Source: a virus
Reading direction: 5' to 3' (one strand)
IMG/VR virus record: IMGVR_UViG_3300042896_000283
Span: 1 to 64,000 of that record
Length of the DNA: 64,000 bases
Shown here: positions 37,492 to 47,639 of the stretch, piece after piece
Layout of the letters: each line of letters starts with the position of its first letter
Position numbering within the stretch: the first letter of the stretch is position 1
Notes under the pieces: generated by a model
Seen by the model: only the letters and a program-made list of their open reading frames with translations
Databases searched by the model: none
Told to the model about the DNA's origin: nothing
Position numbers and translations under genes: made by a program

Positions 37492-37714
37492 CGCAATAAC
37501 AATCAATAAGACACCTGCATTTAATGAGGTGTGGCATGAAGGACACATAGAGCATGAAGGTAAATACCACTATTTCTGGTTAATACATCCTCAAGGATTA
37601 GATAATGGAGGAGAAGAATATGAACTAGAGGTGAGATGGTTCTTTGCTAGAGTACCAAGGGAGATACGAGCTTTGTATCCACAAATTATAGAAGCATTTA
37701 AACAAACGTTATGA
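37484..37714 (+). CDS. Hypothetical protein
   Basis: ORF in operon. Confidence 0.65.
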   Translation: MTNAITINKTPAFNEVWHEGHIEHEGKYHYFWLIHPQGLDNGGEEYELEVRWFFARVPREIRALYPQIIEAFKQTL

Positions 37715-38091
37715 ACATATTCAAAGTGATACCAATAGATGTGTATGGACATGATGTAGTTGTGTCTATAGGACAATCAGATGAAGATATATATGAACAT
37801 ATCAAAGAGAACATATCTAAGAAGAAGTTTGATAAGAAAATGACTAATCAAAAAAGTATAGCCACTACATTTAAACTAAAAACTGGATGTATTCTTATAA
37901 GATTTAAAGATGATATAGATAACCCAGGGATTGTAGCTCATGAAGCCTTTCATGCCATTGTATATCTATTTGAAAAGATAGGTATAGAGTTTGCATATGA
38001 ATCAGAAGAAGCTTATGCTTATTCATTAGAATATTTAACTAATCAAATTTTAAAAATCAAAGAAGATGCAAACATGGATATGGGAGAATGA
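37711..38091 (+). CDS. HExxH zinc-metallopeptidase-like protein
   Basis: VAHEAFH...EEAYAY; paralog of 6955..7311. Confidence 0.7.
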   Translation: MNIFKVIPIDVYGHDVVVSIGQSDEDIYEHIKENISKKKFDKKMTNQKSIATTFKLKTGCILIRFKDDIDNPGIVAHEAFHAIVYLFEKIGIEFAYESEEAYAYSLEYLTNQILKIKEDANMDMGE

Positions 38092-38383
38092 AAATCTCTT
38101 TATTATAAATAGAGAGTTACAACAATTAATAGATGATAAGATAGTGAAGACTGTTGTATCAATGTCTTTAGTACATGTACCTCATCCAAAAGAGATGTAC
38201 AAACATAGTGCAATATTAATATATAAGTAATATGATAAAATCACAATCTAAACCTGTAAAGTTTGTACCTTGTGATGAGAATTCACAAGTATATAGTTGG
38301 CAAAAGACCAATAAGAAATCTATGATGGTTCCTAAAAAGGAATTCCAAAGACAATTAAAACAATTTAAAATAAAAACATTCAG

Positions 38384-39436
38384 ATGATAAAAGGAACAGC
38401 AAAAACAGAAGCTCAATATAGAGCAGTGCTTATGGATTCATCCAGTAGCCTAAAAGATTTCTCTCAAGACAGAAAGAAGTATTATAAGAAGTATTTCCTT
38501 GGAGAGAAAGTAGAAGATAAAGATAGCTCAGCAGCTAATATGGGACGCATTGTTGAAACCCTACTTATGGAACCACATCTATTTGATGATAAGTTCTATA
38601 TGTCATCTTGTATATCTACACCAACAGGACTTATGTTAGATTTTGTTGAAGCATTATATAGAGTGACAAGAGATGCTACAGATGAGAAAGGTAAGATTAC
38701 CAGAAACTTTTCAGATATATCATTAGAAGCTTATGAGAAATCAGGATTTAAGATTAAATATGAAGCTGTAATAGGTAAGTTTCAAGGAAGTGATGCAGAA
38801 CTATATTATAATGAAATTAGAATGGTTAGAAGTAAGAATCTAACTGTTGTGAATACATTAGAAATAACTATTGCTGAAAAGATTGTAGAACAACTTAAGA
38901 CTAATAGTGCAACAGCTCCAATTGTTAATCTTGTAAATAGCTCTAGATATGAAATCATAGATCAAATGCAAGTAGAAGGATATACAATTGATGGACATTT
39001 GTTCAAAAGTATGCTTGACAAAGTGATTATTGATCATGAGAAGAAGACTATCCAATCATATGATTTGAAATGTACATGGTCTGTAGAGAACTTCTATGAA
39101 GAGTATTACTTGTACAGAAGAGCGTACATCCAAGCGTACTTATATTATCATGCGATGCTACATCTAACTCTAGATCCAGAGAGTCCATATCATGAATATA
39201 AAGTGGAATATTTGAAGTTTATTGTATGTGACAGCACAAACTATTATCAACCTCTTATATATACATTAGATGTAGATGATATGTATTCTGCAAACAATGG
39301 ATTTGTACACAAAGGAAGAACTTATCCTGGTGTAAAAGAACTGATAGAAGCATTGAAATGGTGTAGAGAAACAAACACGTGGAACATAAGCCACAAAAAC
39401 TATTTATCTAATGGAATTGTAAATATCAAGGGATAA
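38384..39436 (+). CDS. PD-(D/E)xK exonuclease (RecE/Cas4-like)
   Basis: SSSSLK, KSMLD, YDLK, YIQAYLY. Confidence 0.8.
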   Translation: MIKGTAKTEAQYRAVLMDSSSSLKDFSQDRKKYYKKYFLGEKVEDKDSSAANMGRIVETLLMEPHLFDDKFYMSSCISTPTGLMLDFVEALYRVTRDATDEKGKITRNFSDISLEAYEKSGFKIKYEAVIGKFQGSDAELYYNEIRMVRSKNLTVVNTLEITIAEKIVEQLKTNSATAPIVNLVNSSRYEIIDQMQVEGYTIDGHLFKSMLDKVIIDHEKKTIQSYDLKCTWSVENFYEEYYLYRRAYIQAYLYYHAMLHLTLDPESPYHEYKVEYLKFIVCDSTNYYQPLIYTLDVDDMYSANNGFVHKGRTYPGVKELIEALKWCRETNTWNISHKNYLSNGIVNIKG

Positions 39437-39438
39437 CA

Positions 39439-40005
39439 ATGGCAGTAAAGAAAACAATAACCAGCATCTTTATGGTGCCAACATTAAAATTTCCTAAAGA
39501 TTCTTTAAAGAATAATGGATTTATTAATGGATATATAAAAGATGATAGAAAAGATTCACAGTATGAAAATGCTGTGTATATTCTATTCAAACCTGATGAT
39601 CTAGATAAGTTCAGAGAGTTTTTAGATAATGAATATGAACGAACCAAAAACATAATAGAAGATTATGATTATGAAGATGGTTATGTTGTAGTGGTCTATA
39701 AACTTAATGAGAAATTCAAAAAAGATTATGAACTTGTTAGAGATGGTAAATATTCTCAGACATCAAAAATATTTCAAAATGAATTTCCAAAATCTGTTAA
39801 GATTATAAAATCAGGACTCAGTAAAGATGAATTAAGCTTACAAAGCAGAGTGTTTGCAAAGAGTAAAGATCTTATAGAATTCTGGGAAGAGAAGCTTGGG
39901 ATTACATTTCAAGATGATTATGAAGTGTGGGAAGGATTCGATGAATCAAAAGAAATTTTAGAACTTGATAAAATAAAAGAAATATGTGTAACAGAGAAAT
40001 CTTAG
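39439..40005 (+). CDS. Conserved crAss-like hypothetical protein
   Basis: GFINGY...DYELVRDGKYS. Confidence 0.7.
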   Translation: MAVKKTITSIFMVPTLKFPKDSLKNNGFINGYIKDDRKDSQYENAVYILFKPDDLDKFREFLDNEYERTKNIIEDYDYEDGYVVVVYKLNEKFKKDYELVRDGKYSQTSKIFQNEFPKSVKIIKSGLSKDELSLQSRVFAKSKDLIEFWEEKLGITFQDDYEVWEGFDESKEILELDKIKEICVTEKS

Positions 40006-40187
40006 AAGCAATTATAGAAGAAGTAGGAACAGACAAAGCTGCAGAGTTTTGTCACTTAACTAGTTTAATGTATGATATTAAATATCAAGCATGTAAACAA
40101 AAAGAACCACTAACAGAATATGATTTTGAAAGAATCTGGTGGTTAGACGCAGGAATAGCATTAACTAAACAATTAACAATAGACTAA
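39984..40187 (+). CDS. Hypothetical protein
   Basis: ORF in operon. Confidence 0.6.
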   Translation: MCNREILEAIIEEVGTDKAAEFCHLTSLMYDIKYQACKQKEPLTEYDFERIWWLDAGIALTKQLTID

Positions 40188-40188
40188 T

Positions 40189-40569
40189 ATGAAAGGATTA
40201 GAACTAATAGAAAAATATCCTCTAGCAGGTAAAGTAGTAAAAGAATGGTTCTTTAAATCAATGCTTGATTCATTTAAAGATGAAACAGTGCCAGATGAGT
40301 TTAAAGAATTCATGCTTGAGCAAGGAATAGAAGATGATAAGATAGGAATCTTAATAGATGTTAATCCTAGAATGTTATTTGATGTATTTGATGAAAATGA
40401 AATCTATTTAAACATATCTAGAATTGAAAATATATTTATGTGGTCATTAGCTCCAAATAAATTTTTAGATCCTAGAATATTTAACAGTAGAAAAGAAGCA
40501 GAATTAGCTTCTATAGGATCTGCATTTGAAATCTTAGAGAATAAACTCTCTGCAAAAGTAGAAGAATAA
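40189..40569 (+). CDS. Hypothetical protein
   Basis: ORF in operon. Confidence 0.7.
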   Translation: MKGLELIEKYPLAGKVVKEWFFKSMLDSFKDETVPDEFKEFMLEQGIEDDKIGILIDVNPRMLFDVFDENEIYLNISRIENIFMWSLAPNKFLDPRIFNSRKEAELASIGSAFEILENKLSAKVEE

Positions 40570-40623
40570 TTAGGAATAACCAGGGAGATGATGTATATTT
40601 GTCTCCCTTAATTTAAAAAACAC

Positions 40624-40962
40624 ATGAGAACAAATAGAGAATTTAATGACAAGTATAAAGATTATTTAGAAGAAGGATATTATGGAATGGACATTAGTGA
40701 ACCTTCTGTAATTATATATGTAGATCAAATCTTTAATGATCTTACACAGATTCCTGGATTCAAATATGAGCAAATCAAAACTAAATATGGATTAGCTAAA
40801 GTGTATACAAATTTAGAAGAACTTCTTCCATTTGTAGGTAGAATTATAAACCAAGAACTTGAAGAGAAAATCAATTTTATTCTTAAAGTGGAATATGAGA
40901 TAGAGAACAGATTAAAAAGTTTAAACCTAGATAAAGATGGAAAAAATATTCAACCAGTATAA
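40624..40962 (+). CDS. Hypothetical protein
   Basis: EQIKTKYGLAKVY motif. Confidence 0.7.
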   Translation: MRTNREFNDKYKDYLEEGYYGMDISEPSVIIYVDQIFNDLTQIPGFKYEQIKTKYGLAKVYTNLEELLPFVGRIINQELEEKINFILKVEYEIENRLKSLNLDKDGKNIQPV

Positions 40963-41176
40963 GAATATGTTAATCGTACATCCTAATTATCAAGGATATG
41001 TTTGCGGATATAATGACTCTCATATAATTTTAGCAATAGAAACTGATAGTAAGAATTTCTTTAGAAAACTACAGAATCCATACATTATGGAAGAATATAA
41101 AGATATTAAATATAGATATTCTTTTGAAGATGAAAGAGAACTTGTAAAACAATCTGCAAATGGAGATAGCAAATAA
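40937..41176 (+). CDS. Hypothetical protein
   Basis: GYVCGYN motif. Confidence 0.6.
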   Translation: MEKIFNQYKNMLIVHPNYQGYVCGYNDSHIILAIETDSKNFFRKLQNPYIMEEYKDIKYRYSFEDERELVKQSANGDSK

Positions 41177-41432
41177 AACTAAATATTATACCATTGAAGA
41201 AATATCAATCAAGTTAGGTATAAGTGATAAATCTACAATCAATAAAATATCAAAATTAGGTCTTAGGAAACATAGAACTATTGGTCCAAGAGGGAATGCT
41301 TTATATACAAAAGAACAATTTGATGTGATATGTGGGAATAGACAAATTCCTGATCTATTACATAATTATAATGAGGAACCGATAATAATTACTTATTATA
41401 TATATGAATCTAAAATGAATAGAGATGAATGA
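41160..41432 (+). CDS. Small HTH DNA-binding protein
   Basis: YYTIEEISIKLGISDKST...LYT. Confidence 0.6.
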   Translation: MEIANKTKYYTIEEISIKLGISDKSTINKISKLGLRKHRTIGPRGNALYTKEQFDVICGNRQIPDLLHNYNEEPIIITYYIYESKMNRDE

Positions 41433-41601
41433 AAAAGAATTTATTCAAGGAGTAGATTACTACTTAGAAGATGGAAGAATTCATTTCACTAAAGAGTATC
41501 TATTAAAGACTAAGAAACAATGCTGTGGAAATGTTTGTAGACATTGTTGCTACACAGAAAGAGTTAAAGGTAATACAGAATTAAGAAAAGATGCATCATA
41601 A
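41425..41601 (+). CDS. Cys-rich small protein (DUF5522-like)
   Basis: Manual translation ...DYYLEDGRIHFTKEYLL...CCGNVCRHCCY. Confidence 0.75.
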   Translation: MNEKEFIQGVDYYLEDGRIHFTKEYLLKTKKQCCGNVCRHCCYTERVKGNTELRKDAS

Positions 41602-42187
41602 TAGTAAAGATTTAACAAATAAAACATTCAGTGATTTAACTGCACTATATGTTGTAGATAAACCTTCTACAGTAAACACTAAAAATAGAGGTGTTTGGTG
41701 GATGTGTAAATGCACATGCGGTAAAGAAAAAATTGTTTGTTCTACAGAATTAACTAGAAAAGATACAAAATCTTGTGGATGCATGAAAAAGTATTATAAT
41801 AACAAACTTTACAAAGGCGTTGGATTATTACCACAATCTGTATATAGTCATATTCAATGGGGAGCTAAAAAAAGAAATATAGAATTTAATGTAAGTAAAG
41901 AATATCTTTGGGAAAAATATGAAAGTCAAAAAGGTAAATGCTACTACACAGATCTTGATATAGATTTAAATACTAGAAATAATAAAAAGACAGCTTCTAT
42001 TGATAGAGTAGACTCTTCAAAAGGATATATCGAAGGAAATATTGTATGGGTACATAAAAATATAAATATAATGAAAAATGTTTTTTCTGAAAAAGAGTTT
42101 ATAAATTATTGTAAACTAATAGTAGATAAACATTGTCCTTATGATAAGAATGAAAAAGGAAATACATCACTTAGAACAAGTGAATAA
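41591..42187 (+). CDS. HNH-type homing endonuclease
   Basis: WMCKCTCG, SCGC, QKGKCYYT, ASIDRVDSSKGY..GNIVWVH...N. Confidence 0.85.
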   Translation: MHHNSKDLTNKTFSDLTALYVVDKPSTVNTKNRGVWWMCKCTCGKEKIVCSTELTRKDTKSCGCMKKYYNNKLYKGVGLLPQSVYSHIQWGAKKRNIEFNVSKEYLWEKYESQKGKCYYTDLDIDLNTRNNKKTASIDRVDSSKGYIEGNIVWVHKNINIMKNVFSEKEFINYCKLIVDKHCPYDKNEKGNTSLRTSE

Positions 42188-42218
42188 AAAGTTCTGTTCT
42201 GTTTTTTAATTGTTGAGA

Positions 42219-42246
42219 GAGCCCTGAAGAAATTTGGGGCTTTTTT
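42219..42246 (+). terminator. Intrinsic terminator
   Basis: GAGCCCTGAA-GAAA-TTTGGGGC-TTTTTT. Confidence 0.75.
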
Positions 42247-42356
42247 ATCCTCAATTAACTAACATTTTAGTTAGGTAAATGATGGAAGAAACCTGACATT
42301 TTACTTGGAAAAAACACAAAAAATCACTAACTTTAAACAATTAAAACAATTAAATA

Positions 42357-43451
42357 ATGGCAAAAAAAGCAGTAAGCAAAGAAACTAATAACAAGTTTCA
42401 AGAAGCAATGGACAAATTGAACAAGACTTATGGTGTTGGTTCAATATTAGCATTAGATTCTAAAGCAGGAGGAGATTATGATGTAATCAGTACAGGAAGT
42501 ATTGGTTTTGATCACATCACTCTTGGTGTAGGAGGATTTGTAAAGGGGAAACTCTATGAACTTATGGGCTGGGAGGGCACAGGTAAATCTACAATTTGTG
42601 GACATGCTGCAGCTGAATGTCAAAAAGCAGGTGGAACTGTTCTATATATAGATGGTGAGCATGCTGTTGATAAGAGCTATTTCAAGAAATTAGGTGTAGA
42701 TACAACTAAGATGTTGATTTCTCAACCATCATGTGGTGAGGAAGGTTTTAACATTGCAATGGAGATGATCAACACTGGAGAGATTGATCTTGTAATCATA
42801 GATAGTGATAGTTCACTTATACCTAAAAAGATGCTTGATGGTGATGTAGGAGACTCTACAATCGGTAGAAAAGCTTTATTGAATAGTAATGCTTATCCAA
42901 AGCTAAAAGGAGCTCTATCACAACATAATGTATGTGTAATAGTGATTAGTCAGTACAGAGAGAAGATTGGTGTTATGTTTGGTAATCCTACTACTACACA
43001 AGGTGGCCATGCTTTGAAATTCTACAGTGATGTAAGAATAGAAGTATCTAGAAGTTTAGCTAAAGATGGTGATGTAACTTATGGTAATATCACTAAGTTA
43101 AAAGCTATCAAGAATAAAATGTCTCCTCCATATAGAAAATCTGAATTTGAGATTGTTTATGGTAAAGGTATTGATAAACTTGATGAGATGATGGCTCTTC
43201 TTAATGAGTTTGAATTAGGACGTAAGTATGGTAAAACTATGACTGTAGATGGAGTTAAGTATGACTTAGAAGAATTCAAACAGTTGGTAGTTGATAATCC
43301 AGAGTTCTATGATGAACTAAGAGAAAAGATTATTGCCAAAATTAATGAAGCTGATCTTCCTATAGAAGAAGTAGAAGTTGAAGAAGACGTTGTTCTTCCT
43401 ACAGCTCCATGTTCTAATCATGGTTTATTTGATAATGATGAAGAGTTATGA
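42357..43451 (+). CDS. recA: RecA recombinase
   Basis: ISTGS..D, GWEGTGKST, IDGEHA, QYREKIGVMFGNPTTTQGGHALKFYS, KNK. Confidence 0.95.
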   Translation: MAKKAVSKETNNKFQEAMDKLNKTYGVGSILALDSKAGGDYDVISTGSIGFDHITLGVGGFVKGKLYELMGWEGTGKSTICGHAAAECQKAGGTVLYIDGEHAVDKSYFKKLGVDTTKMLISQPSCGEEGFNIAMEMINTGEIDLVIIDSDSSLIPKKMLDGDVGDSTIGRKALLNSNAYPKLKGALSQHNVCVIVISQYREKIGVMFGNPTTTQGGHALKFYSDVRIEVSRSLAKDGDVTYGNITKLKAIKNKMSPPYRKSEFEIVYGKGIDKLDEMMALLNEFELGRKYGKTMTVDGVKYDLEEFKQLVVDNPEFYDELREKIIAKINEADLPIEEVEVEEDVVLPTAPCSNHGLFDNDEEL

Positions 43452-43521
43452 TAAAATAATTTAGTTTTAATTTGCATTTTTAAATTTTTATATTTATCTT
43501 TGAAACTTAAATATAAATATT

Positions 43522-44055
43522 ATGAAAGAAGAATGGAAAGACATAACTGGATATGAAGGATTATATCAAGTGTCTAGTTTAGGTAGAGTAAAAAGATTAA
43601 AAGGTAAATGTTTAGCAAAAGCGGGTAAGTATAGAAATATTTCTGAAAATATACTTACCGCTTTTCCTAATAAAACTAGGTATAATTATCTTTATATTAA
43701 TCTAAATAATAATGGTATAAAACAATTTAGAGTACATAGGTTAGTTGCTTTAGCTTTTATACCTAATTCTAATAATTTACCAGAAGTAAACCACATTGAT
43801 GGTAATAAAGAAAATAATTGTATAACAAATTTAGAATGGTGCACTAATCTAGAAAATATAAAACATTCTTATAAAATAGGAACTCATATAGTAAGAAAAA
43901 ATGATGATGCACCAAATACTAAATTAAATAGTAAACAAGTAATGGAAATAAGAAAAAAATTAAAAGAAGGTTCTTCAGGTAGAAGTTTATCTAAAGAATA
44001 TAACATGAGTGAAGGAATGATTTCATTAATAAAAAATAATAAATACTGGATATGA
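43522..44055 (+). CDS. NUMOD4-HNH homing endonuclease
   Basis: EEWKDITGYEGLYQVSSLGRV; VHRLVA; VNHIDGNKENN; own promoter TTTG...TATCTTTG. Confidence 0.9.
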   Translation: MKEEWKDITGYEGLYQVSSLGRVKRLKGKCLAKAGKYRNISENILTAFPNKTRYNYLYINLNNNGIKQFRVHRLVALAFIPNSNNLPEVNHIDGNKENNCITNLEWCTNLENIKHSYKIGTHIVRKNDDAPNTKLNSKQVMEIRKKLKEGSSGRSLSKEYNMSEGMISLIKNNKYWI

Positions 44056-44711
44056 TAATAGGGGTAGGAGGAAAAATGGGTTCGGGTAAAAATACTGTAT
44101 GTGAGATCATACAAGGATTGTGTGCAACTAACAATGGGCCAGCATTTGAACAAAAAGCTTTTGCAGGGAAGCTAAAAGAAACAGCTTCCCTTCTTACTGG
44201 GATTCCTGTAGAGAAGTTTGAAGATCAAGAATTTAAGAAAACTAGTTTAGGTTCTGAGTGGAATAGACTTCTTTATGCGACATTAGATGATGAAAACCCT
44301 TTACTTTCTGTAATGTCTGTTAGAGAACTTCTACAAAAACTTGGTACAGAAGCAATGCGTGATGGATTACATGTAAATGTATGGATTAATGCTTTGTTTG
44401 CTGATTATAAACCAACAGATTCTAATTGGAATGACAGTTTGTTAAAACATAAACCAGAAAACATGTTGTATCCAAACTGGATTATTACAGACATGAGATT
44501 TCCTAATGAGATGGAAGCTGTTGTAGAAAAAGGTGGGCTTACTATTAAAGTAACAAGACCAGTTGAAAAAAGAAAAACAACTGCTAGATTACACCCTTCA
44601 GAAACAGCTCTGGATGATGCTAAGTTTGATTATGAAATTATCAATGATGGAACTATTGAAGATCTTGTAGAAAAAGTAAGAGAGATTTTAACTAAAGAAG
44701 CAATCATATGA
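44052..44711 (+). CDS. Deoxynucleoside monophosphate kinase
   Basis: GKMGSGKNT, FAGKLK, RELLQKLGTE, ITDMRFPNE, HPSE. Confidence 0.9.
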   Translation: MIIGVGGKMGSGKNTVCEIIQGLCATNNGPAFEQKAFAGKLKETASLLTGIPVEKFEDQEFKKTSLGSEWNRLLYATLDDENPLLSVMSVRELLQKLGTEAMRDGLHVNVWINALFADYKPTDSNWNDSLLKHKPENMLYPNWIITDMRFPNEMEAVVEKGGLTIKVTRPVEKRKTTARLHPSETALDDAKFDYEIINDGTIEDLVEKVREILTKEAII

Positions 44712-45082
44712 ATCCAAGATTTGAACCAAAACATATATTAGCAATTGATTTTGATCTAACTATATGTATGAGTGATTATCCAGCCCTTGGTCCCATTAGA
44801 GATGGGGCTAAGGAGGCTATCACAAAACTATATGAAAAAGGATTTGGTATTGTTATCAATACATGTAGAGAAGGACATGCTTTATCTTATGCTATGCATT
44901 GGTTAAAAGAGAATCAAATTCCTTATCATTATGTTAATTGTAACTTTCCACATCTAATTGAATATTACAAAGCTGATTGTCGTAAGATTTCTGCAGACAT
45001 GTACATTGATGATAAAGGAGTTGAACCTCTTCCATCATGGAATAAAATTTATAAAATAATAAACAACAAATTTAAATTATGA
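44708..45082 (+). CDS. HAD-superfamily phosphatase
   Basis: AIDFDLTI, TCR, RKISADMYIDDK. Confidence 0.85.
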   Translation: MNPRFEPKHILAIDFDLTICMSDYPALGPIRDGAKEAITKLYEKGFGIVINTCREGHALSYAMHWLKENQIPYHYVNCNFPHLIEYYKADCRKISADMYIDDKGVEPLPSWNKIYKIINNKFKL

Positions 45083-45387
45083 AAAGTTACAATGAATTAG
45101 AAGCTCTTGTTATAGCATGGGCAGAACAAAAAGGTATTCTACAAAATGGAACACCAAGAGCACAAGCAATGAAAACCTGGGAAGAAACAGATGAGTTAAT
45201 CACAGCTATCGAAAATGATGATAGAGAAGAAGTAATTGATGCTCTGGGTGATATACTAGTTACAATCATTATACAAGCAGAGATGCAAGGATTAAGCCTT
45301 ACAGAATGTTTGAATAGTGCTTACAATGTAATCTCTAAGCGTACAGGTAAGATGGTAGATGGTCAATTTGTAAAAGATGCAAAATAA
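45079..45387 (+). CDS. MazG-like nucleotide pyrophosphohydrolase
   Basis: KTWEETDEL, DALGD, AYNVISKRTGKMVDGQFVK. Confidence 0.88.
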   Translation: MKSYNELEALVIAWAEQKGILQNGTPRAQAMKTWEETDELITAIENDDREEVIDALGDILVTIIIQAEMQGLSLTECLNSAYNVISKRTGKMVDGQFVKDAK

Positions 45388-45571
45388 GCTATTCTTTACA
45401 TCAATAAATGATATATGTAAGAAATGTGGGGGGTATAAATTTGCCCCCTATAATTTTAATACATCAGCCACAATAAGACTATGTCATTGTACAAAGATCA
45501 CAAATTCTGAATTTACTGAATCACAAAAAAAGATTTTAGATGAAATGCAAAACATGCGGAAAAAATTGTGA
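45377..45571 (+). CDS. Small Cys-containing hypothetical protein
   Basis: CKKCGG...CHC; overlaps neighbours. Confidence 0.5.
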   Translation: MQNKLFFTSINDICKKCGGYKFAPYNFNTSATIRLCHCTKITNSEFTESQKKILDEMQNMRKKL

Positions 45572-45935
45572 TGGAGAATATTGCTTTCAACATAAACAAA
45601 GAAAACCTTTAGCTCAAAGTAGGATGAAATCAACATTAACTCCTAAAAAAGGGATTAATGAACGAGTTATCATACAAAGAGAATTCTTTTTATCTATATG
45701 GAAGAAAAGAAAGCATTATTCAGAAGTAAGTGGTGACTATCTTGGATCTGAACCTATGAGTACATATTTTCATCATATACTAGCTAAAGAAAAATATCCT
45801 GAAGCTTGTTTAGATGAAGAAAATATTATACTTTTGACACTTGAAGAGCATTCTAATGTTGAAAATGATATGTATAGATATGACGAAGTTAATAAAAGAC
45901 GTGATAGTCTCAAAAATAAGTATTCTATACTTTGA
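45540..45935 (+). CDS. NinG/HNH-like nuclease
   Basis: CKTCG..CFQH; FHHILAK..YP...ENIILLTLEEH. Confidence 0.7.
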   Translation: MKCKTCGKNCDGEYCFQHKQRKPLAQSRMKSTLTPKKGINERVIIQREFFLSIWKKRKHYSEVSGDYLGSEPMSTYFHHILAKEKYPEACLDEENIILLTLEEHSNVENDMYRYDEVNKRRDSLKNKYSIL

Positions 45936-46021
45936 TGTACTTAATGGAGTTATAGAACAAAGTGTAAAAAATAATAGAAAAAATGCAATTAATAATGCAA
46001 CTAAAGTAAAATATAATAAAA

Positions 46022-46282
46022 ATGAAAGTAGAAGTGCTTAAATTTAGTGCCTCATGGTGTGGGCCTTGTAGAGTGTTAGCTCAAACACTAAAAGATGTTG
46101 ATGGAATAACCAACATTGACATAGAGAAAGATCAAGAAACAGCTAGAAAGTATGGAATCAGAAGTGTTCCAACTATGGTGTTTCTAAAGAATGGTAAAGA
46201 GGTACATAGACAATCTGGTAATATGCCATTGAAGATGTATGAAGATATTCTAAATGATCTAAAGTTCTCAAAAGAAATTTAA
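46022..46282 (+). CDS. trxA: Thioredoxin
   Basis: FSASWCGPC, IRSVPT. Confidence 0.92.
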   Translation: MKVEVLKFSASWCGPCRVLAQTLKDVDGITNIDIEKDQETARKYGIRSVPTMVFLKNGKEVHRQSGNMPLKMYEDILNDLKFSKEI

Positions 46283-46300
46283 TAATTAAAACCAACAAAT

Positions 46301-46576
46301 ATGAACAATCAATTTATTTACACAGCTACAATAGCTGACAAGGAGTTTAAAGCTTCTTTAAATGTTAACAAGGTTATTAGAACCTTAGCTAATGAAGATG
46401 GATCTCTAATTGTCATTCTAGATGATTTCAATGAGAGAGTAACACAACAACCAGATATCGACATCAAGACTAACAAGATGAAGGGATTTAAGAGTGTTAG
46501 AGAAACAGTTCAATCAGAAATCCTATTGAATGTATCAGATGCAGAAAGATTTTTTAACTTAATAGAATACAAATAA
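46301..46576 (+). CDS. Hypothetical protein
   Basis: ORF in operon. Confidence 0.7.
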   Translation: MNNQFIYTATIADKEFKASLNVNKVIRTLANEDGSLIVILDDFNERVTQQPDIDIKTNKMKGFKSVRETVQSEILLNVSDAERFFNLIEYK

Positions 46577-46580
46577 AACC

Positions 46581-46871
46581 ATGGCAACATTATTAGGAAA
46601 TCGCGTTTATTTAGAAATGCCCAAAAAAGAAGAAAGCAAACTTGTAGTAGATGATAACACAAAAGAAGCTTTACAAAAAGAACTACTTAAAAAAATGAGT
46701 AGATTGAAAATTCACTCTGTAGGAGATGCAATCATGAATCCTAACTTAGTAGTAGGAGCTGAAGTGTTGGTGGATCCATCTGCACTTAGAGATAAAACTC
46801 TAATCATTCCTTTATCAGATGTAGAAGATGTATTGTTAGTTTCTCCATTTGATATTATTCAAGTCTGGTAG
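46581..46871 (+). CDS. GroES-like co-chaperonin
   Basis: LLGNRVYL, SVGD, VGAEVLV, DIIQVW; 96 aa. Confidence 0.7.
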   Translation: MATLLGNRVYLEMPKKEESKLVVDDNTKEALQKELLKKMSRLKIHSVGDAIMNPNLVVGAEVLVDPSALRDKTLIIPLSDVEDVLLVSPFDIIQVW

Positions 46872-47549
46872 ATGATATCAGTTCTTACCATAACTTACAA
46901 AAGACATCACCTTCTAGAAGAAGCTATTCAATCATTTTTGAATCAATCTTTTCTTTCAGAAGGTGAAATGGTAATTATTAATGATAACCCTGATGTAGAT
47001 TATATATATGATCACCCCAGGGTTAGAATTATTAATCATAAGGAAAGATTTCCATCTATAGCTGCTAAGCTTGAGTGGGGATATAGACAATGTAAATATG
47101 ATTACATCTATAGACTAGATGATGATGATCTTCTTACACCTTGGGCTCTTAATAATGCAAAGGCAGATATATTAGCTAATCCTGGATTTGAAATTTATAG
47201 AAGTGAAGGAATGTATTTCTTTATGAATAATAAGTTCGAGAAAGAAAGCTCTAATATAAACAATGGAAACATATATACCAAAGCTTATTTAGGTAGAATT
47301 ACATGGCCAGATAAGAGTGGTAATGAAGATGATGACATTACATTCCACCATGGTGGTACAATATATGAATCAAAGTTAAAACATACAATGATTTATAGAT
47401 GGGGAATGGGAACATTCCATATATCAGGATTAGGAATACAATCTAATCAAGTTATATTAGATCATGCAGATAAAGTGTTAGATGATACAAAAGGAGAAAT
47501 TATTCTTCATCCACATTTTAAACATGATTATTATAGTCAAATCAAATAA
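46872..47549 (+). CDS. GT2-family glycosyltransferase
   Basis: ISVLTITYKR, IIND, YRLDDDD. Confidence 0.85.
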   Translation: MISVLTITYKRHHLLEEAIQSFLNQSFLSEGEMVIINDNPDVDYIYDHPRVRIINHKERFPSIAAKLEWGYRQCKYDYIYRLDDDDLLTPWALNNAKADILANPGFEIYRSEGMYFFMNNKFEKESSNINNGNIYTKAYLGRITWPDKSGNEDDDITFHHGGTIYESKLKHTMIYRWGMGTFHISGLGIQSNQVILDHADKVLDDTKGEIILHPHFKHDYYSQIK

Positions 47550-47606
47550 ATATTGTATATTTGCAATGTGAAAAACAAATAAATGTTTGGTTAATATTGT
47601 TACAAT

Positions 47607-47639
47607 AAAAAAGCCCCTCTTAATAGAAGGGCTTTTTTT
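47607..47639. terminator. Bidirectional terminator at strand convergence
   Basis: A6-GCCC...GGGC-T7. Confidence 0.8.
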
